Shown: one piece after another, positions 22,506 to 34,112 of the stretch
How the letters are laid out: each line of letters begins with the position of its first letter
Position numbering within the stretch: the first letter of the stretch is position 1
Position numbers and translations under genes: made by a program
Source: an uncultured Gammaproteobacteria bacterium
GTDB taxonomy: Bacteria; Pseudomonadota; Gammaproteobacteria; JAURND01
Assembly (NCBI GenBank): GCA_963714975.1
Contig: CAVQQD010000002.1
Location: 192,001 to 256,000, forward strand
Length of the DNA stretch: 64,000 nucleotides
Direction of reading: 5' to 3'
Notes under the pieces: model-generated
What the model was told of the DNA's origin: nothing
What the model saw: only the letters and a program-made list of their open reading frames with translations
The model's database searches: none

Positions 22506-22619
22506 ATGAAAGTGCGTGTTTCAGTGAAAAAATTGTGTCGTAATTGTATAGTCATTCGGCGCAACGGTGTATTACGGATTTTGTGTAAGGATGCACGGCA
22601 CAAACAAAGACAAGGTTAA
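22506..22619 (+). CDS. rpmJ: 50S ribosomal protein L36 (not in the ORF track)
   Basis: [37 protein letters not shown]. Confidence 0.97.
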   Translation: MKVRVSVKKLCRNCIVIRRNGVLRILCKDARHKQRQG

Positions 22620-22646
22620 CTTTTTGCTTTCGAGTAGGAGAATTAA

Positions 22647-23006
22647 ATGGTAGTTCGTATCGCTGGTGTGAATATTAAACCTGATAAGCACCTTTGGGCT
22701 GGCTTAACACAAATTTACGGAATTGGGCGTAGTCGTGCCATACAAATTTGTGAGTCATTGGGTCTTACTCCTGATGCAAAGGTCCATTCTTTAACTGAAG
22801 CTGAATTAGAAAGTTTACGGCGCAAAATCGCGGAATTTCCTGTAGAAGGAGACTTGCGGCGTGAAGTTTCTATGAATATAAAACGTTTGATGGATATGGG
22901 GGCCTATCGTGGTTTTCGTCACCGAAGAGGCTTACCTGTCCGTGGTCAACGTACTAAAACCAATGCTCGAACTCGTAAGGGCAAAGCAAAACCAATTCGT
23001 AAGTAA
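22647..23006 (+). CDS. rpsM: 30S ribosomal protein S13
   Basis: [23 protein letters not shown]. Confidence 0.98.
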   Translation: MVVRIAGVNIKPDKHLWAGLTQIYGIGRSRAIQICESLGLTPDAKVHSLTEAELESLRRKIAEFPVEGDLRREVSMNIKRLMDMGAYRGFRHRRGLPVRGQRTKTNARTRKGKAKPIRK

Positions 23007-23019
23007 TGGAAATTAAATT

Positions 23020-23415
23020 ATGGCAAAATCGACAACAACACGCATACGAAAGAAAGTTAGACGTGGCAAAATTCATAAGGGTATAGCGCATATAAAGGCT
23101 ACCTTTAATAATACCCTAATTCTGATTACCGATGCGCAGGGTAATGCCTTGGCATGGGCAACATCGGGTGGCAGTGGATTTCGCGGCTCTCGTAAAGGAA
23201 CCCCTTTTGCAGCGCAAGTCGCTGTAGAAAAAGTAAGCCAAGTAGTTAAGGAATTCGATATGAATACCTTAGAGGTTTTGGTGAAAGGACCAGGTCCGGG
23301 ACGCGAAGCAGCTATTCGTGCTTTTTATTCCAATGGGTTTACGATTAGTAGCATTTCCGATGTAACACCCTTGCCTCACAATGGGTGTCGTCCTCCCAAA
23401 AAACGTCGAGTGTGA
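23020..23415 (+). CDS. rpsK: 30S ribosomal protein S11
   Basis: [24 protein letters not shown]. Confidence 0.98.
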   Translation: MAKSTTTRIRKKVRRGKIHKGIAHIKATFNNTLILITDAQGNALAWATSGGSGFRGSRKGTPFAAQVAVEKVSQVVKEFDMNTLEVLVKGPGPGREAAIRAFYSNGFTISSISDVTPLPHNGCRPPKKRRV

Positions 23416-23446
23416 TGAGGCATGTGGGGGTCCCTGTAGGAAGCAG

Positions 23447-23517
23447 GGATCTAGTTTGTAGGATGCAAAAGTTTCATTTCCTTGTGCTTGGATCCTGGCA
23501 TCCAGGCCAGGATGACG
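23447..23517. repeat. Family-B palindromic doublet between rpsK and rpsD
   Basis: GTCCCTGTAGGAAGCAGGGATCTAG...TGGATCCTGGCATCCAGGCCAGGATGACG. Confidence 0.75.
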
Positions 23518-23535
23518 CAGATGTAGGAGTTTTAG

Positions 23536-24153
23536 ATGGCTAGAAATGTGGTAAAGTTAAAGTTTTCCCGACGAGAAGGCACCGATTTAATGAGTAAAAG
23601 CGGTGTTCGGGAGATTGGTACTAAGTGTAAATTAGACACCCTACCGGGTCAGCATGGCGCTAAACGTGGTCGACTATCCGATTATGGCAGTCAATTACGT
23701 ATGCAACAGCTCATTAAACGGTATTATGGCGTGTTACAAAGACAATTTAGAAACTATTATGAAAAGGCTGATCGACAAAAGGGTTCTACAGGTGATAACT
23801 TGATTCGCTTGTTAGAGGGGCGATTAGATAATGTGGTTTATCGCTCAGGTTTTGGCAGTACGAGGCAAGAAGCACGTCAATTGGTGAGTCATAAAGCTGT
23901 TTTAGTGAATGGAAAAATAGTTAATATTGCTTCCTACTCACTGCAGCCCAATGATGTCATTGAGGTGCGTGAAAAATCGAAGAAACAATTGAGAATACTT
24001 GCTGCTATGGAATTAGCACAACAACGTCCACAGCCTCAATGGATTGATGTTAATGCTAAGGAATTGCGTTCCGTGTTTAAATTTTATCCCGATCCATCGG
24101 ATTTTCCAGCGATATTTAAGGTTAGTCTGGTGGTCGAACTCTTCTCGAAATAG
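23536..24153 (+). CDS. rpsD: 30S ribosomal protein S4
   Basis: [18 protein letters not shown]. Confidence 0.98.
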   Translation: MARNVVKLKFSRREGTDLMSKSGVREIGTKCKLDTLPGQHGAKRGRLSDYGSQLRMQQLIKRYYGVLQRQFRNYYEKADRQKGSTGDNLIRLLEGRLDNVVYRSGFGSTRQEARQLVSHKAVLVNGKIVNIASYSLQPNDVIEVREKSKKQLRILAAMELAQQRPQPQWIDVNAKELRSVFKFYPDPSDFPAIFKVSLVVELFSK

Positions 24154-24165
24154 AGGTATGATCTA

Positions 24166-25161
24166 ATGCAGTATGATGCAATGCAGGATATTTATAGTTT
24201 ACTTGTGCCACGCAATATTCAGGTGAATCCCATTACCCCAACCCACTCGATTATTGTGTTAGAACCATTTGAGCGCGGTTATGGTATTACCTTGGGGAAT
24301 GGAATACGTCGTATTTTACTTTCCTCTATGCCTGGTGCTGCGGTGGTTGAGGTGGAAATTGCCGATGTTTTGCATGAATACAGTTCTATTGAAGGTGTTC
24401 GAGAAGATGTAATTGATATTCTTCTGAATATCAAAGGTATCGCGATTAAATTACTCGGTCGAGACGAAGTGATACTAAACTTAGAAAAGAAAGGGCCAGG
24501 GCCAGTGTTGGCAAGTGATATTACGCCAGAACATGATGTGGAAATTATTAACCCCGATCATGTGATAGCTAACTTAACTAAGAACAGTAAGATTAAAATG
24601 TCTCTTAAGGTAATGAGAGGTCGTGGCTATGTTCCGGCAAGTATGCGATTAGAAGCAGGAGAGTCTGTCCCTGTCGGTAAGTTACAGTTAGATGCTTCTT
24701 TTAGCCCTATTCGTCGTGTTTCTTATCAAGTTGAAAATACACGCGTAGAAAAACGCACTGATTTAGATAAATTAATTTTAGATATTGAGACCAATGGCAC
24801 CATAGACCCTGAAGATGCTATTCGTTATTCTGCCACCATTTTGCAACATCAACTGGCTGCTTTCGTTGAATTAAAGCACGCCGCAATGCATCTGCCCAAG
24901 GAAAAATCGCGCAAAATCAATCCGATATTATTACGGCCGGTAGAAGACTTAGAATTAACCGTTCGAGCAGCTAATTGCCTGAAGGCAGAAAATATTAACA
25001 CCATCGCTGATCTCGTGCAGCGCAGTGAGTCTGATTTGTTAAAGACACCTAACTTAGGCAAGAAGTCTTTGACAGAAATTAAAAACGTGTTGGCAACCCG
25101 TGGATTGCATTTAGGCATGAAGCTAGATGAGTTGTCAGTTTCTGAATTAAATAAAGAATAA
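24166..25161 (+). CDS. rpoA: RNA polymerase alpha subunit
   Basis: [33 protein letters not shown]. Confidence 0.99.
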   Translation: MQYDAMQDIYSLLVPRNIQVNPITPTHSIIVLEPFERGYGITLGNGIRRILLSSMPGAAVVEVEIADVLHEYSSIEGVREDVIDILLNIKGIAIKLLGRDEVILNLEKKGPGPVLASDITPEHDVEIINPDHVIANLTKNSKIKMSLKVMRGRGYVPASMRLEAGESVPVGKLQLDASFSPIRRVSYQVENTRVEKRTDLDKLILDIETNGTIDPEDAIRYSATILQHQLAAFVELKHAAMHLPKEKSRKINPILLRPVEDLELTVRAANCLKAENINTIADLVQRSESDLLKTPNLGKKSLTEIKNVLATRGLHLGMKLDELSVSELNKE

Positions 25162-25172
25162 GGTATGCACCG

Positions 25173-25535
25173 ATGCGACATCGAAAAAGTGGTAGACATT
25201 TAAATCGAACCAGTAGTCATCGTCGGGCTATGTTCCGTAATATGGTAAGCTCTTTATTTGATCATGAGGTTATTAAGACTACTTTGCCTAAGGCAAAAGA
25301 GCTTCGTCGCTATGCTGAACCTCTTGTTACCTTGGCGAAGGTAGATGACGTTGCTCGTCGACGATTGGCATTTAATAATTTGCGCGATAAAGTAGCCGTT
25401 GGAAAATTATTTACTATCCTAGGGCCACGATTTAAAGAAAGACCCGGGGGTTATTTGCGGATACTCAAGTGTGGATTTAGAGCAGGTGATTCAGCCCCAA
25501 TGGCTTATGTTGAATTTGTGGAGCGGGGGGAATAA
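25173..25535 (+). CDS. rplQ: 50S ribosomal protein L17
   Basis: [25 protein letters not shown]. Confidence 0.99.
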   Translation: MRHRKSGRHLNRTSSHRRAMFRNMVSSLFDHEVIKTTLPKAKELRRYAEPLVTLAKVDDVARRRLAFNNLRDKVAVGKLFTILGPRFKERPGGYLRILKCGFRAGDSAPMAYVEFVERGE

Positions 25536-25574
25536 CAATATCCCCTCTCCCGCTTGCGGGAGAAGGGATATTGT
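25535..25574. terminator. REP-derived hairpin between convergent rplQ and ssb (possible bidirectional terminator)
   Basis: ACAATATCCCCTCTCCCGC-TT-GCGGGAGAAGGGATATTGT long stem. Confidence 0.6.
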
Positions 25575-25578
25575 AGCT

Positions 25579-26034
25579 TCAAAACGGTATATCATCCTCC
25601 CCTATATCACCAGTCATTGCCGGCATAGGTTGAGGCTGAATCTTTAATTCGTCCATTTTGCCATTTTCTTGTTGCATGAACCCTTGATGGCTACCGCCTT
25701 TACTATCCAAAATATGCATTTCATTAGCAATAATTTCCGTAGTATGACGCTCCACACCGTTTTTATCTTGCCACTTGCGTGTTCTTAAACTTCCTTCCAC
25801 ATAAATTTTAGAACCTTTGCGTAAATATTCACCTACTATTTCTGCAAGCCGATTAAAAAAAACGATGCGATGCCATTCAGTTCGATCTTGTAATTCACCG
25901 CTTGTTTTATCCCGCCAGCTTTCACTGGTTGCTAAGTTTACATTTGCGACGGCGCTCCCGCTGGGAGTATAACGAACCTCAGGGTCGCTACCTAAGTTTC
26001 CAATGAGGATAACCTTATTCACACCTCTAGCCAT
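25579..26034 (-). CDS. ssb: Single-stranded DNA-binding protein
   Basis: [21 protein letters not shown]-terminal DDIPF. Confidence 0.99.
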   Translation of the reverse strand: MARGVNKVILIGNLGSDPEVRYTPSGSAVANVNLATSESWRDKTSGELQDRTEWHRIVFFNRLAEIVGEYLRKGSKIYVEGSLRTRKWQDKNGVERHTTEIIANEMHILDSKGGSHQGFMQQENGKMDELKIQPQPMPAMTGDIGEDDIPF

Positions 26035-26110
26035 GACGCTCTCCTTAAGTAAATGTTATAAAATAATTAATTCATACCTGTGCTTAAAGCTTCAAATACT
26101 TACATTATTT

Positions 26111-27487
26111 CTATAAATTGTCTAGGCTCTCTTGCAGTTTTGTTAAATTAATATTATTTAGAATGTTTTTATTTATCTTTAAATAAGCAATTTTCTCATT
26201 AATATCAATGGATGCTTCAATTACTCCAGGGGTTGCTTTTAGTAATTGATTTACTTTATCGATTTCCGCGGCGTTAAATCTTTTTAGAGGAAACATGACA
26301 GTCTTTAAAAAAACTGGGGGTTTCATGCGGATAGCAAAGCCCAGCCAAATACAAATTAAAACGAAGTTAAGGCAGATAATTCCTACTAATTGATAGTCGC
26401 TGTAGATCCAGCCGCCTAGACTACCGCCCACGAAAATACCTAAAAATTGCGCACTAGAATAAATTCCCATCGCGGTACCTTTATTGGTAACCGGGGCAAT
26501 TTTTGAAATTAACGAAGGCATGGTCGCTTCAAGAAAAGTAAACGCACTAAAAAACAATGCCAGAATCAGTCCTAATTCCCAGGCTGAAGAATGAAATTTC
26601 CACAACAACAGTTGCGTCAAACCCAGTAACATAATGGTGGTTACGAAAAGCAATTTCATTTTTTGAAATTTTTCAGCTGCAATGATGCAAGGAATTAGGG
26701 TAATCAATGCAAAACTTAAAGCAGGTAAATAGACCGCCCAAGCATGAGTTCTAATCCAAGCGCTTGATGAATGCGCCAGCAAAATGGGCACCACAATAAA
26801 AGTGGCTGTTAGTAAAGCATGTAAGACCAGGATTCCAAGATTCAATCGCACTAGCTCTGGATTGAACAGGGTTGCTTTCAGTAGGCTGGGCACTGTTTCA
26901 CTGTCACGGTGAAACAGACAATGCGGAGGTTGAGGCACTACTACCAGCAATAAACCGATGCCCGCCAAGCCAAGTAGGGCGGTTAATCCAAAAATCCCCG
27001 ATAAGCCGATCCATTTATTTAAGAGGGGTCCGAGCACAATCGCCAGCGCAAATGAAAAGCCAATACTCATGCCGATCATGGCCATTGCTTTGCTGCGATT
27101 TTCCACGGTGGTGAGATCGGCAACCAACGCAATCACTGTACTACCGATGGCGCCAGCGCCTTGTAAAGCCCGGCCAATAATCACTCCGTAAATTGAAGTA
27201 GAAACGGCAGCAATTAAACTACCTAATACAAAAATCAATAGTCCTGCGACAATAATGGGTTTCCGACCCCATTTATCAGACAACATGGCCAGTGGAATTT
27301 GGCAAATTGCTTGACTCAAGCCGTAAATTCCCAAGGCAATTCCGATTAAGCTGGGTGTACTGCCTGTCAGTTGCGGGGCATATAAACTAAAGATCGGCAA
27401 AATAATAAATAAGCCCAGCATACGTAAACTAAAAATAGCTGCCAAGGATAAAACGGATTTTGTTTCGGATGTGCTGGAAATAGCCAT
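26111..27487 (-). CDS. MFS transporter (YajR-like)
   Basis: SLRMLGLF, LSDKWGRKP, GRALQGAGA, small C-terminal soluble domain; ssb-MFS-uvrA context. Confidence 0.9.
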   Translation of the reverse strand: MAISSTSETKSVLSLAAIFSLRMLGLFIILPIFSLYAPQLTGSTPSLIGIALGIYGLSQAICQIPLAMLSDKWGRKPIIVAGLLIFVLGSLIAAVSTSIYGVIIGRALQGAGAIGSTVIALVADLTTVENRSKAMAMIGMSIGFSFALAIVLGPLLNKWIGLSGIFGLTALLGLAGIGLLLVVVPQPPHCLFHRDSETVPSLLKATLFNPELVRLNLGILVLHALLTATFIVVPILLAHSSSAWIRTHAWAVYLPALSFALITLIPCIIAAEKFQKMKLLFVTTIMLLGLTQLLLWKFHSSAWELGLILALFFSAFTFLEATMPSLISKIAPVTNKGTAMGIYSSAQFLGIFVGGSLGGWIYSDYQLVGIICLNFVLICIWLGFAIRMKPPVFLKTVMFPLKRFNAAEIDKVNQLLKATPGVIEASIDINEKIAYLKINKNILNNINLTKLQESLDNL

Positions 27488-27525
27488 AGGTTTTCTTTCA
27501 ATACTTCGGTAGAATCCATCATACC

Positions 27526-30348
27526 ATGGACATTATTCGAATTCGCGGTGCGCGCACGCATAACCTCAAGAATATCAATTTAGACCTGCCACGTGATAAG
27601 CTGATTGTCATTACTGGTCTTTCTGGTTCGGGAAAATCTTCCTTAGCCTTTGATACCCTATACGCCGAAGGACAACGGCGTTATGTGGAATCACTCTCAG
27701 CTTATGCTAGACAATTTTTGTCAGTGATGCAAAAACCCGATGTCGATCATATTGAAGGGTTATCTCCCGCCATTTCCATTGAGCAGAAAGCAACTTCCCA
27801 TAATCCCAGATCTACCGTCGGCACCATCACTGAAATCTATGATTACCTGCGCTTGCTTTATGCCAGGGTGGGTCAGCCCCAATGCCCTGATCATCACATT
27901 GTATTGGAGGCCCAGACGATCAGCCAAATGGTGGATATCACCCTGGCCTATCCTGAAGGCACTCGCCTGATGATCTTAGCGCCAGTAGTGCAGGCGCGTA
28001 AAGGGGAGCATGTCCAGTTATTGGATAATTTGCGTCGGCAGGGCTACATTCGTGGACGGATTGATGGCAAAGTCATGGAATTAGATGCCATCCCTCCCTT
28101 GAGTCTGCGCACGAAACATAGCATCGAGGTGGTAGTAGATCGGATTAAAGTGCAAGCGGATATTGCGCAAAGGTTGGCAGAATCCTTTGAAACCGCGCTC
28201 AGTTTGGCAGATGGCGTGGTGATGCTGGCTACCCTGGATAAAAGTGAAATTCCTGACCGGGTATTTTCAGCCAAATTTGCTTGTCCTCGTTGTGGTTACA
28301 GTTTATCCGAATTGGAGCCACGTCTCTTTTCTTTTAACAGTCCTTCAGGTGCCTGCCCTGAGTGTGATGGCTTGGGTGTCACCCAATTTTTTGATCCTGA
28401 GAAAATTCTGCAAAATCCTGAATTAAGTTTGGCAGGAGGTGCAGTGCGCGGGTGGGATAAGCGGAATGTACATTATTTCCAAATGCTCAAATCCTTAGCC
28501 AAGCATTATCATTTTGATGTGGAAAAACCGTTCTACCAATTGCCGACGAAAATTCAAAAAATTGTGTTGCGGGGGAGTGGTGAAGAGGAAGTTGAGTTTA
28601 CTTATGTCAATGATCGGGGTCGTCGCATAGTGCGTGTCCATCCCTTTGAGGGGATTATTACTAACATGGAGCGACGCTATCACGAAACCGAATCTTTAGC
28701 CGTGCGAGAAGATTTAGCACGTTTTTTGGCTACTAGCAAATGCCCAGTCTGTGAAGGCGCGCGGTTACGGCGTGAGGCACGCTATGTATTTGTGGCAGGG
28801 CAGAGCCTACCCCAGATCACCCAATTGCCGGTGGAAAAAGCCTATGCGTTTTTTCAGACCTTATCCTTACCTGGCTGGCGAGGCACGGTGGCCGCTCGCA
28901 TCGTCAAGGAGATCCAGGAGCGCCTTGGGTTTTTGGTCAGTGTGGGATTAAATTACCTGAGCTTAGCCCGCAGTGCTGATACTTTATCTGGTGGCGAAGC
29001 CCAGCGTATTCGCTTGGCGAGTCAAATTGGCTCCGGCTTAGTGGGCGTGATGTACATCTTAGATGAGCCTTCCATTGGCTTACATCAACGGGATAATGAT
29101 CGTTTACTGCATACCCTGCGACGCTTGCGGGATTTGGGTAATACGGTCATTGTGGTGGAGCATGATGAGGAGGCCATGCGACATGCCGATTATATCGTCG
29201 ATATTGGTCCGGGTGCTGGGCTGCATGGCGGAAAAATTATTGCGGAAGGCTCTCCGGCACAGATTTGTGCCACCCAAGAGTCTTTAACCGGGCAATATTT
29301 ATCTGGCAAATTAAAGATCGAAATTCCAAAGGTTAGAATTCAGCCTGACAGCAAGCGTATGCTGCGATTAATAGGAGCCAGTTGTAATAATTTAAAAAAT
29401 ATTGATGTTTCTTTTCCTGTCGGTCTCATGGTTTGTGTCACTGGGGTGTCGGGGTCGGGAAAATCGAGTTTAGTGAATGATACTTTATACCCGATCGTCG
29501 CGAAAAAATTACAAGGAGCAGATTCTTTAAGCCCGGGAGCTTATCGGCAAATAGCGGGTTTAGGCCATTTTGATAAAGTAGTGGCTATTGACCAAAGCCC
29601 TATTGGTCGCACGCCACGATCTAATCCCGCGACTTATACTGGGCTCTTTACGCCCATTCGTGAATTATTTGCTGGCACGCAAGAAGCCCGGAGTCGCGGT
29701 TACTCGCCCGGCCGCTTTAGTTTTAATGTCAAAGGAGGGCGCTGTGAAGCGTGTGAGGGTGATGGCTTAATCAAAGTAGAAATGCACTTTTTACCCGATG
29801 TGTATGTCGAGTGTGATGTCTGCAAGGGGCAGCGCTATAATCGTGAAACTCTGGAAGTACGTTACAAAGGAAAAAATGTGCATGAAGTATTAAGCATGAC
29901 CGTAGAAGAAGCGCGCACATTTTTTGATCCGGTTCCAGCCGTGGCCCATAAATTACAGACCTTGATTGAGGTTGGGTTGTCGTATATTAATTTAGGGCAA
30001 AGTGCGACTACTTTATCTGGGGGTGAAGCCCAGCGAGTGAAATTAGCTAAGGAATTATCGCGGCGTGATACCGGCAATACCTTGTACATTTTGGATGAGC
30101 CGACTACCGGGCTGCATTTTCATGACGTTAAGCAATTATTGGCGGTGCTAAGGCAATTGCGCGATCGCGGCAATACGGTTATTGTGATTGAACATAATTT
30201 GGATGTGATAAAAACCGCGGATTGGATTATTGATTTAGGTCCTGAAGGTGGGGAGCTAGGAGGGGAGGTGGTGGCCGTGGGAACACCTGAGACCATTGCC
30301 GCCACTACTAAATCCTATACCGGACAATTTTTAAAGCCATTACTATAA
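27526..30348 (+). CDS. uvrA: Excinuclease ABC subunit A
   Basis: GLSGSGKSS and GVSGSGKSS Walker A, two LSGGEAQR, Zn fingers. Confidence 0.99.
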   Translation: MDIIRIRGARTHNLKNINLDLPRDKLIVITGLSGSGKSSLAFDTLYAEGQRRYVESLSAYARQFLSVMQKPDVDHIEGLSPAISIEQKATSHNPRSTVGTITEIYDYLRLLYARVGQPQCPDHHIVLEAQTISQMVDITLAYPEGTRLMILAPVVQARKGEHVQLLDNLRRQGYIRGRIDGKVMELDAIPPLSLRTKHSIEVVVDRIKVQADIAQRLAESFETALSLADGVVMLATLDKSEIPDRVFSAKFACPRCGYSLSELEPRLFSFNSPSGACPECDGLGVTQFFDPEKILQNPELSLAGGAVRGWDKRNVHYFQMLKSLAKHYHFDVEKPFYQLPTKIQKIVLRGSGEEEVEFTYVNDRGRRIVRVHPFEGIITNMERRYHETESLAVREDLARFLATSKCPVCEGARLRREARYVFVAGQSLPQITQLPVEKAYAFFQTLSLPGWRGTVAARIVKEIQERLGFLVSVGLNYLSLARSADTLSGGEAQRIRLASQIGSGLVGVMYILDEPSIGLHQRDNDRLLHTLRRLRDLGNTVIVVEHDEEAMRHADYIVDIGPGAGLHGGKIIAEGSPAQICATQESLTGQYLSGKLKIEIPKVRIQPDSKRMLRLIGASCNNLKNIDVSFPVGLMVCVTGVSGSGKSSLVNDTLYPIVAKKLQGADSLSPGAYRQIAGLGHFDKVVAIDQSPIGRTPRSNPATYTGLFTPIRELFAGTQEARSRGYSPGRFSFNVKGGRCEACEGDGLIKVEMHFLPDVYVECDVCKGQRYNRETLEVRYKGKNVHEVLSMTVEEARTFFDPVPAVAHKLQTLIEVGLSYINLGQSATTLSGGEAQRVKLAKELSRRDTGNTLYILDEPTTGLHFHDVKQLLAVLRQLRDRGNTVIVIEHNLDVIKTADWIIDLGPEGGELGGEVVAVGTPETIAATTKSYTGQFLKPLL

Positions 30349-30349
30349 A

Positions 30350-30503
30350 TCCCCTCTCCTAATAAACCTCGGCATTATTCCTTCTCCCCTGGTGGGAGAA
30401 GGTGGCCGCAGGCCGGATGAGGGGAGGGTAAGGGAGCCGGGGGTGCAAGATTCGGCCCACCCCTCATCCGCCTTTGGCACCTTCTCCCACCAGGGGAGAA
30501 GGA
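30350..30503. repeat. REP-like doublet (family A) between uvrA and hemE
   Basis: CCTTCTCCCCTGGTGGGAGAAGG...CCTTCTCCCACCAGGGGAGAAGG. Confidence 0.87.
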
Positions 30504-30534
30504 ATAATGTTGATGATTTATGAGAGGGGTATAT

Positions 30535-31563
30535 ATGACCACTGATCGTTTTTTGAGGGCCTTGCGCCGCGAATATGTCGATAGGACGCCTATTTGGTTG
30601 ATGCGCCAAGCCGGCCGTTATTTGCCTGAATATCGGCGTATCCGCGCTCAAGCAGGCAATTTTCTCAACTTGGTCAAAACGCCTGAGCTGGCCTGCGAAG
30701 TCACCTTACAGCCCCTAAAGCGTTTTCCTTTGGATGCCGCAATTATATTTTCCGATATTCTAACCATTCCCGATGCGATGGGCTTAGGCTTACATTTTGT
30801 GGAAAATGAAGGTCCGCGCTTTGAGCGGCCACTGCGTTTTCGGGAAGATATCCTGGCGTTAAAATTACCCGAGGTGGAAACGCAACTGCGCTATGTGATG
30901 GAAGCTATTCGTTTAACCCGACGAGAGCTCGCGGATAAAGTGCCATTAATTGGCTTTTCCGGCAGTCCCTGGACTTTAGCCACTTATATGATTGAAGGCG
31001 GCAGCAGTAAGCACTTTGGTTTAATTAAGCGCTGGCTGTATACTGATCCAGAAAGCATTCATCACTTATTGCGACTATTGACTCAAGCGGTAGCGGATTA
31101 TCTTGCCGCACAGATTAAGGCGGGAGCACAAGTGGTGATGTTATTTGATACCTGGGGGGGTATCTTAACCCAGCGCGATTATCGCGATTGTTCTTTAGAT
31201 TATATGACGCAGGTGATTCATCGACTGCGAAAGCAATTCTCAGCAGTGCCCATTATTTTGTTTACGAAAAATGGTGGGCAATGGCTCGAATTTATGGCCA
31301 TCAGTGGTTGCGATGCCATTGGTCTTGATTGGACGACCGATCTCAGAGCAGCACGAATTCGCGTGGATGGTAAAGTGGCCTTGCAAGGTAATATGGATCC
31401 AGCCTTGTTATACGCTTCACCACAGCGCATCCAACAAGAAGTGCGGGAAATTTTGGACCGTTTTGGCCCAGGACCAGGGCACATTTTTAATTTAGGGCAT
31501 GGCGTGTTACCGGATACACCACCAGAACATGTAGCCGCTTTGGTGGAGGCCGTGCAGAGCTAA
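30535..31563 (+). CDS. hemE: Uroporphyrinogen decarboxylase
   Basis: [29 protein letters not shown]. Confidence 0.98.
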   Translation: MTTDRFLRALRREYVDRTPIWLMRQAGRYLPEYRRIRAQAGNFLNLVKTPELACEVTLQPLKRFPLDAAIIFSDILTIPDAMGLGLHFVENEGPRFERPLRFREDILALKLPEVETQLRYVMEAIRLTRRELADKVPLIGFSGSPWTLATYMIEGGSSKHFGLIKRWLYTDPESIHHLLRLLTQAVADYLAAQIKAGAQVVMLFDTWGGILTQRDYRDCSLDYMTQVIHRLRKQFSAVPIILFTKNGGQWLEFMAISGCDAIGLDWTTDLRAARIRVDGKVALQGNMDPALLYASPQRIQQEVREILDRFGPGPGHIFNLGHGVLPDTPPEHVAALVEAVQS

Positions 31564-31597
31564 TGTCGTCTCCGCAGCGCCATACCGGGACGACGCT

Positions 31598-31630
31598 CTT
31601 AATATTGCGGTAAGATTATTCCTGTAAAAT
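31598..31630 (+). promoter_or_regulatory. PmrA-like tandem box plus -10 upstream of the ankyrin-like gene
   Basis: CTTAATATT-GC-GGTAAGATT-N7-TAAAAT. Confidence 0.6.
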
Positions 31631-31654
31631 ACCTTTTAGAAATCACGTCATATA

Positions 31655-31836
31655 ATCCTAGATTCGGCAGTAGAAACCTACTGCGAGGGCTTAATACATT
31701 GAATCTCTCGCTTATTTTTATATTTTTTTCTTTCACCGTACGGGTGAGTACGCCTTCAAGAAAAAAATTTAAAAATAATCAAGATCTTCAACGCCTTAAT
31801 CCCTCTCGCTACAGTTTCTACTGCCGAATCTAGGAT
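31655..31836. mobile_element. 182-bp MITE/RPE-like palindromic element
   Basis: Perfect 23-bp terminal IR ATCCTAGATTCGGCAGTAGAAAC / GTTTCTACTGCCGAATCTAGGAT; central CGTAC-N6-GTACG hairpin. Confidence 0.75.
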
Positions 31837-31897
31837 AATAAAGCAATGCTAGGGGCGACGCCGTGAGTAATCAGTTCACAACTTAAAAGGTAAATTA

Positions 31898-33900
31898 ATG
31901 GAGCAATTAGACCCACTATTAGAGGTGAAACAAGCACAACTCGAAGAAAAAAAACTTCAACCTCCCTCGGCCATAGGCTTTTCCCTGGATTGGGATAGTA
32001 GCGGCGATGTACTTATCAAAGACCACAAAGACTACCTACTCAAAAGAGCGGCGTATTGCCGACTGATTGCCTTACTGGCAGGTCAGGATGTACCTGATAA
32101 TGTTAGTCACTTACTGCCCTCTGGAATTGACCCTAAGAATGTTTATGGCTACACAGGATCGGCACGTCAGAGCCTTAAACTTGAGGTAGAGAATTACAAG
32201 CAGAATCGGACACTTTCTTTCCAAGCTTTCATAAATTTTTTTAAAAGGGCAAGGTTTAACTTTAATAAATTGCTTTACAAGGATGTTGAAGAAATACAGA
32301 AACAAACCAAGGGATGGTATATCGGACAAGCAATGGACGAGGCGATTGAGTATTGTAATAAGAATTCCAATAGCCTCCTGCAGGTCAACCTTAAAGAGTT
32401 ATCTGATTGTAAGTCATATACCAAGGGTCCGATGCTAGCAGCCCAACTAAAAAACTTTGCTGAGCAGATAAAAAATAAAAATAGTACTAACACTCCATGC
32501 CCATTTTATTTTATTGATGATAAGTCTGAGGAGATTGAGGAAGTAACTAAGTACTTCAACACGCAGCCAGAAAAAATTCCGCCGGGAGTGGAATTACATA
32601 TCATCCGAGATGATCAGCAACGCTATTATTGCGGAAAGTTTGAATATCAGAATATTCTCACATCTCAAGGGCTTCGAATTCCCACTAAGGAAGAAATAAT
32701 ACTAAAAGAAAAGGTATTACGCTGTTTAAAAAAACCTGTGGCTGAATTAAAAGTTCCTAAACACGAAATCACTATCCAAAAACATCCTCTAACTTCTGCA
32801 ATCTTAAATCCCTCTACTTCTGTGGATTTTAATAAATTAATTGCTGACATGGATAAAGAAGAAGTTAATTTTACTTTCTACGATCCTCAATCTGGACCTG
32901 ATTTTAAATATAAGTATGGCACTCCTTTAATATTAGCAATCCGCGCAAAAAACCAAAAGGCCATAACGGCTTTATTGGAATCTGAAAAAATTGATGTTAA
33001 TACAGATATGGTAGATGACAACTATGCCAACAACGAGAAACAACATACACCACTTACCGAGGCATTAAGGTCTAAAGATGAGTCCCTGATAGATACTTTA
33101 TTATCCCCCATCCAGCAATAACAAACACTCATAAGCCTGAGCCTCTACTGGTTGTTTTCGAAGGAAAACCTAACTTAGCTTACTTTAAAAAATTACTGCG
33201 TTGTTATGAAAAGATGGATGTTCTTGATCTATTCATAAATCCGAAGCATCGCACCTCACCTATAGATTACCTCGTAGGGCAAATAGCAGAGGCTGGTAAG
33301 GATTTCTTGCTGGAACTTTTAAACGTACCAGGAATAAAATTAAATATTAACAATACGCCACTAAATAATAGCTCTAGCAGAAAGCCACTAAAAAATCTTC
33401 TTTTAAGCGTGCTGCAGGGGGATCCGGAGAATATTGAGCGCTTTAACCGGGCGTGTATAGATGTGGGTGAAGAAGTAGCTGAATCTAAACCACAGGATAC
33501 TACTACTACTACTACTGCTACTGAATCAAAGGATACTATTCCTACTGCTCCTGTTACTGCTAAATCAATTGTTGCATCAGAGCTTGGCACTCAGGAGTCT
33601 GAGCAGGGGAAGTCCAGTTGCTCATCTAAGATCGGAGCTGGTTTTGCCTGGTTGCTGGGATTGGGTGTAGTTAGTTTGGTGACATTGGAGATTTACCATA
33701 CCCAAAATTCTCTTGAATTCCTCGGCGAACTGAACAAGTCGTATCTTGAAAATATGTCTTTGGCAGGAAGTCTCAGTGTGGTATACGCTCTGCTGTTTGC
33801 GGTTGCGGTATACGCCTGGGGAAAGGGTAGAAATAATTCTGATGCGGAAAAGGATTCTTCTCAAACTTCATGGTTCTCCTGTTTCTCCGGACATGGGTAA
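31898..33900 (+). CDS. Ankyrin-repeat-like protein with C-terminal TM segments; candidate secreted effector (one apparent frameshift in the C5 run at 33105-33109)
   Basis: GTPLILAI..NQKAITALLE...IDVN and HTPLTEAL motifs; the downstream frame is open back to the C-run, joining ORFs 31898..33121 and 33214..33900. Confidence 0.65.
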
Positions 33901-33977
33901 CCCCATTTCCCTAACCTCTCGGTCCGGTCACCTGTTGATGAAAATTATGGCTCTATGAAGATTTGAGTGGGCAATAT

Positions 33978-34010
33978 ATCCTTCTCCCCTTGTGGGAGAA
34001 GGTGCCCCTC
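33978..34010. repeat. Truncated family-A REP
   Basis: CCTTCTCCCCTTGTGGGAGAAGGTGCC. Confidence 0.65.
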
Positions 34011-34112
34011 CGACAGGCCCTAGTAAGATTCAATTTGATTTCGATGCCTGTTTAGTTACGCATCTCAAAAATTACTCCTAAAGTTGCATTTGGCTCCTAG
34101 TCGACTATGCTT

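Noticed and set aside
8031-30305. Many short antisense or overlapping ORFs inside fusA, tuf, ribosomal genes, MFS and uvrA
   Set aside because: Shadow frames of conserved genes with no motifs or RBS
65-34010. Recurring palindromes as a CRISPR array
   Set aside because: They are dispersed, lack repeat-spacer periodicity, and no cas genes are present
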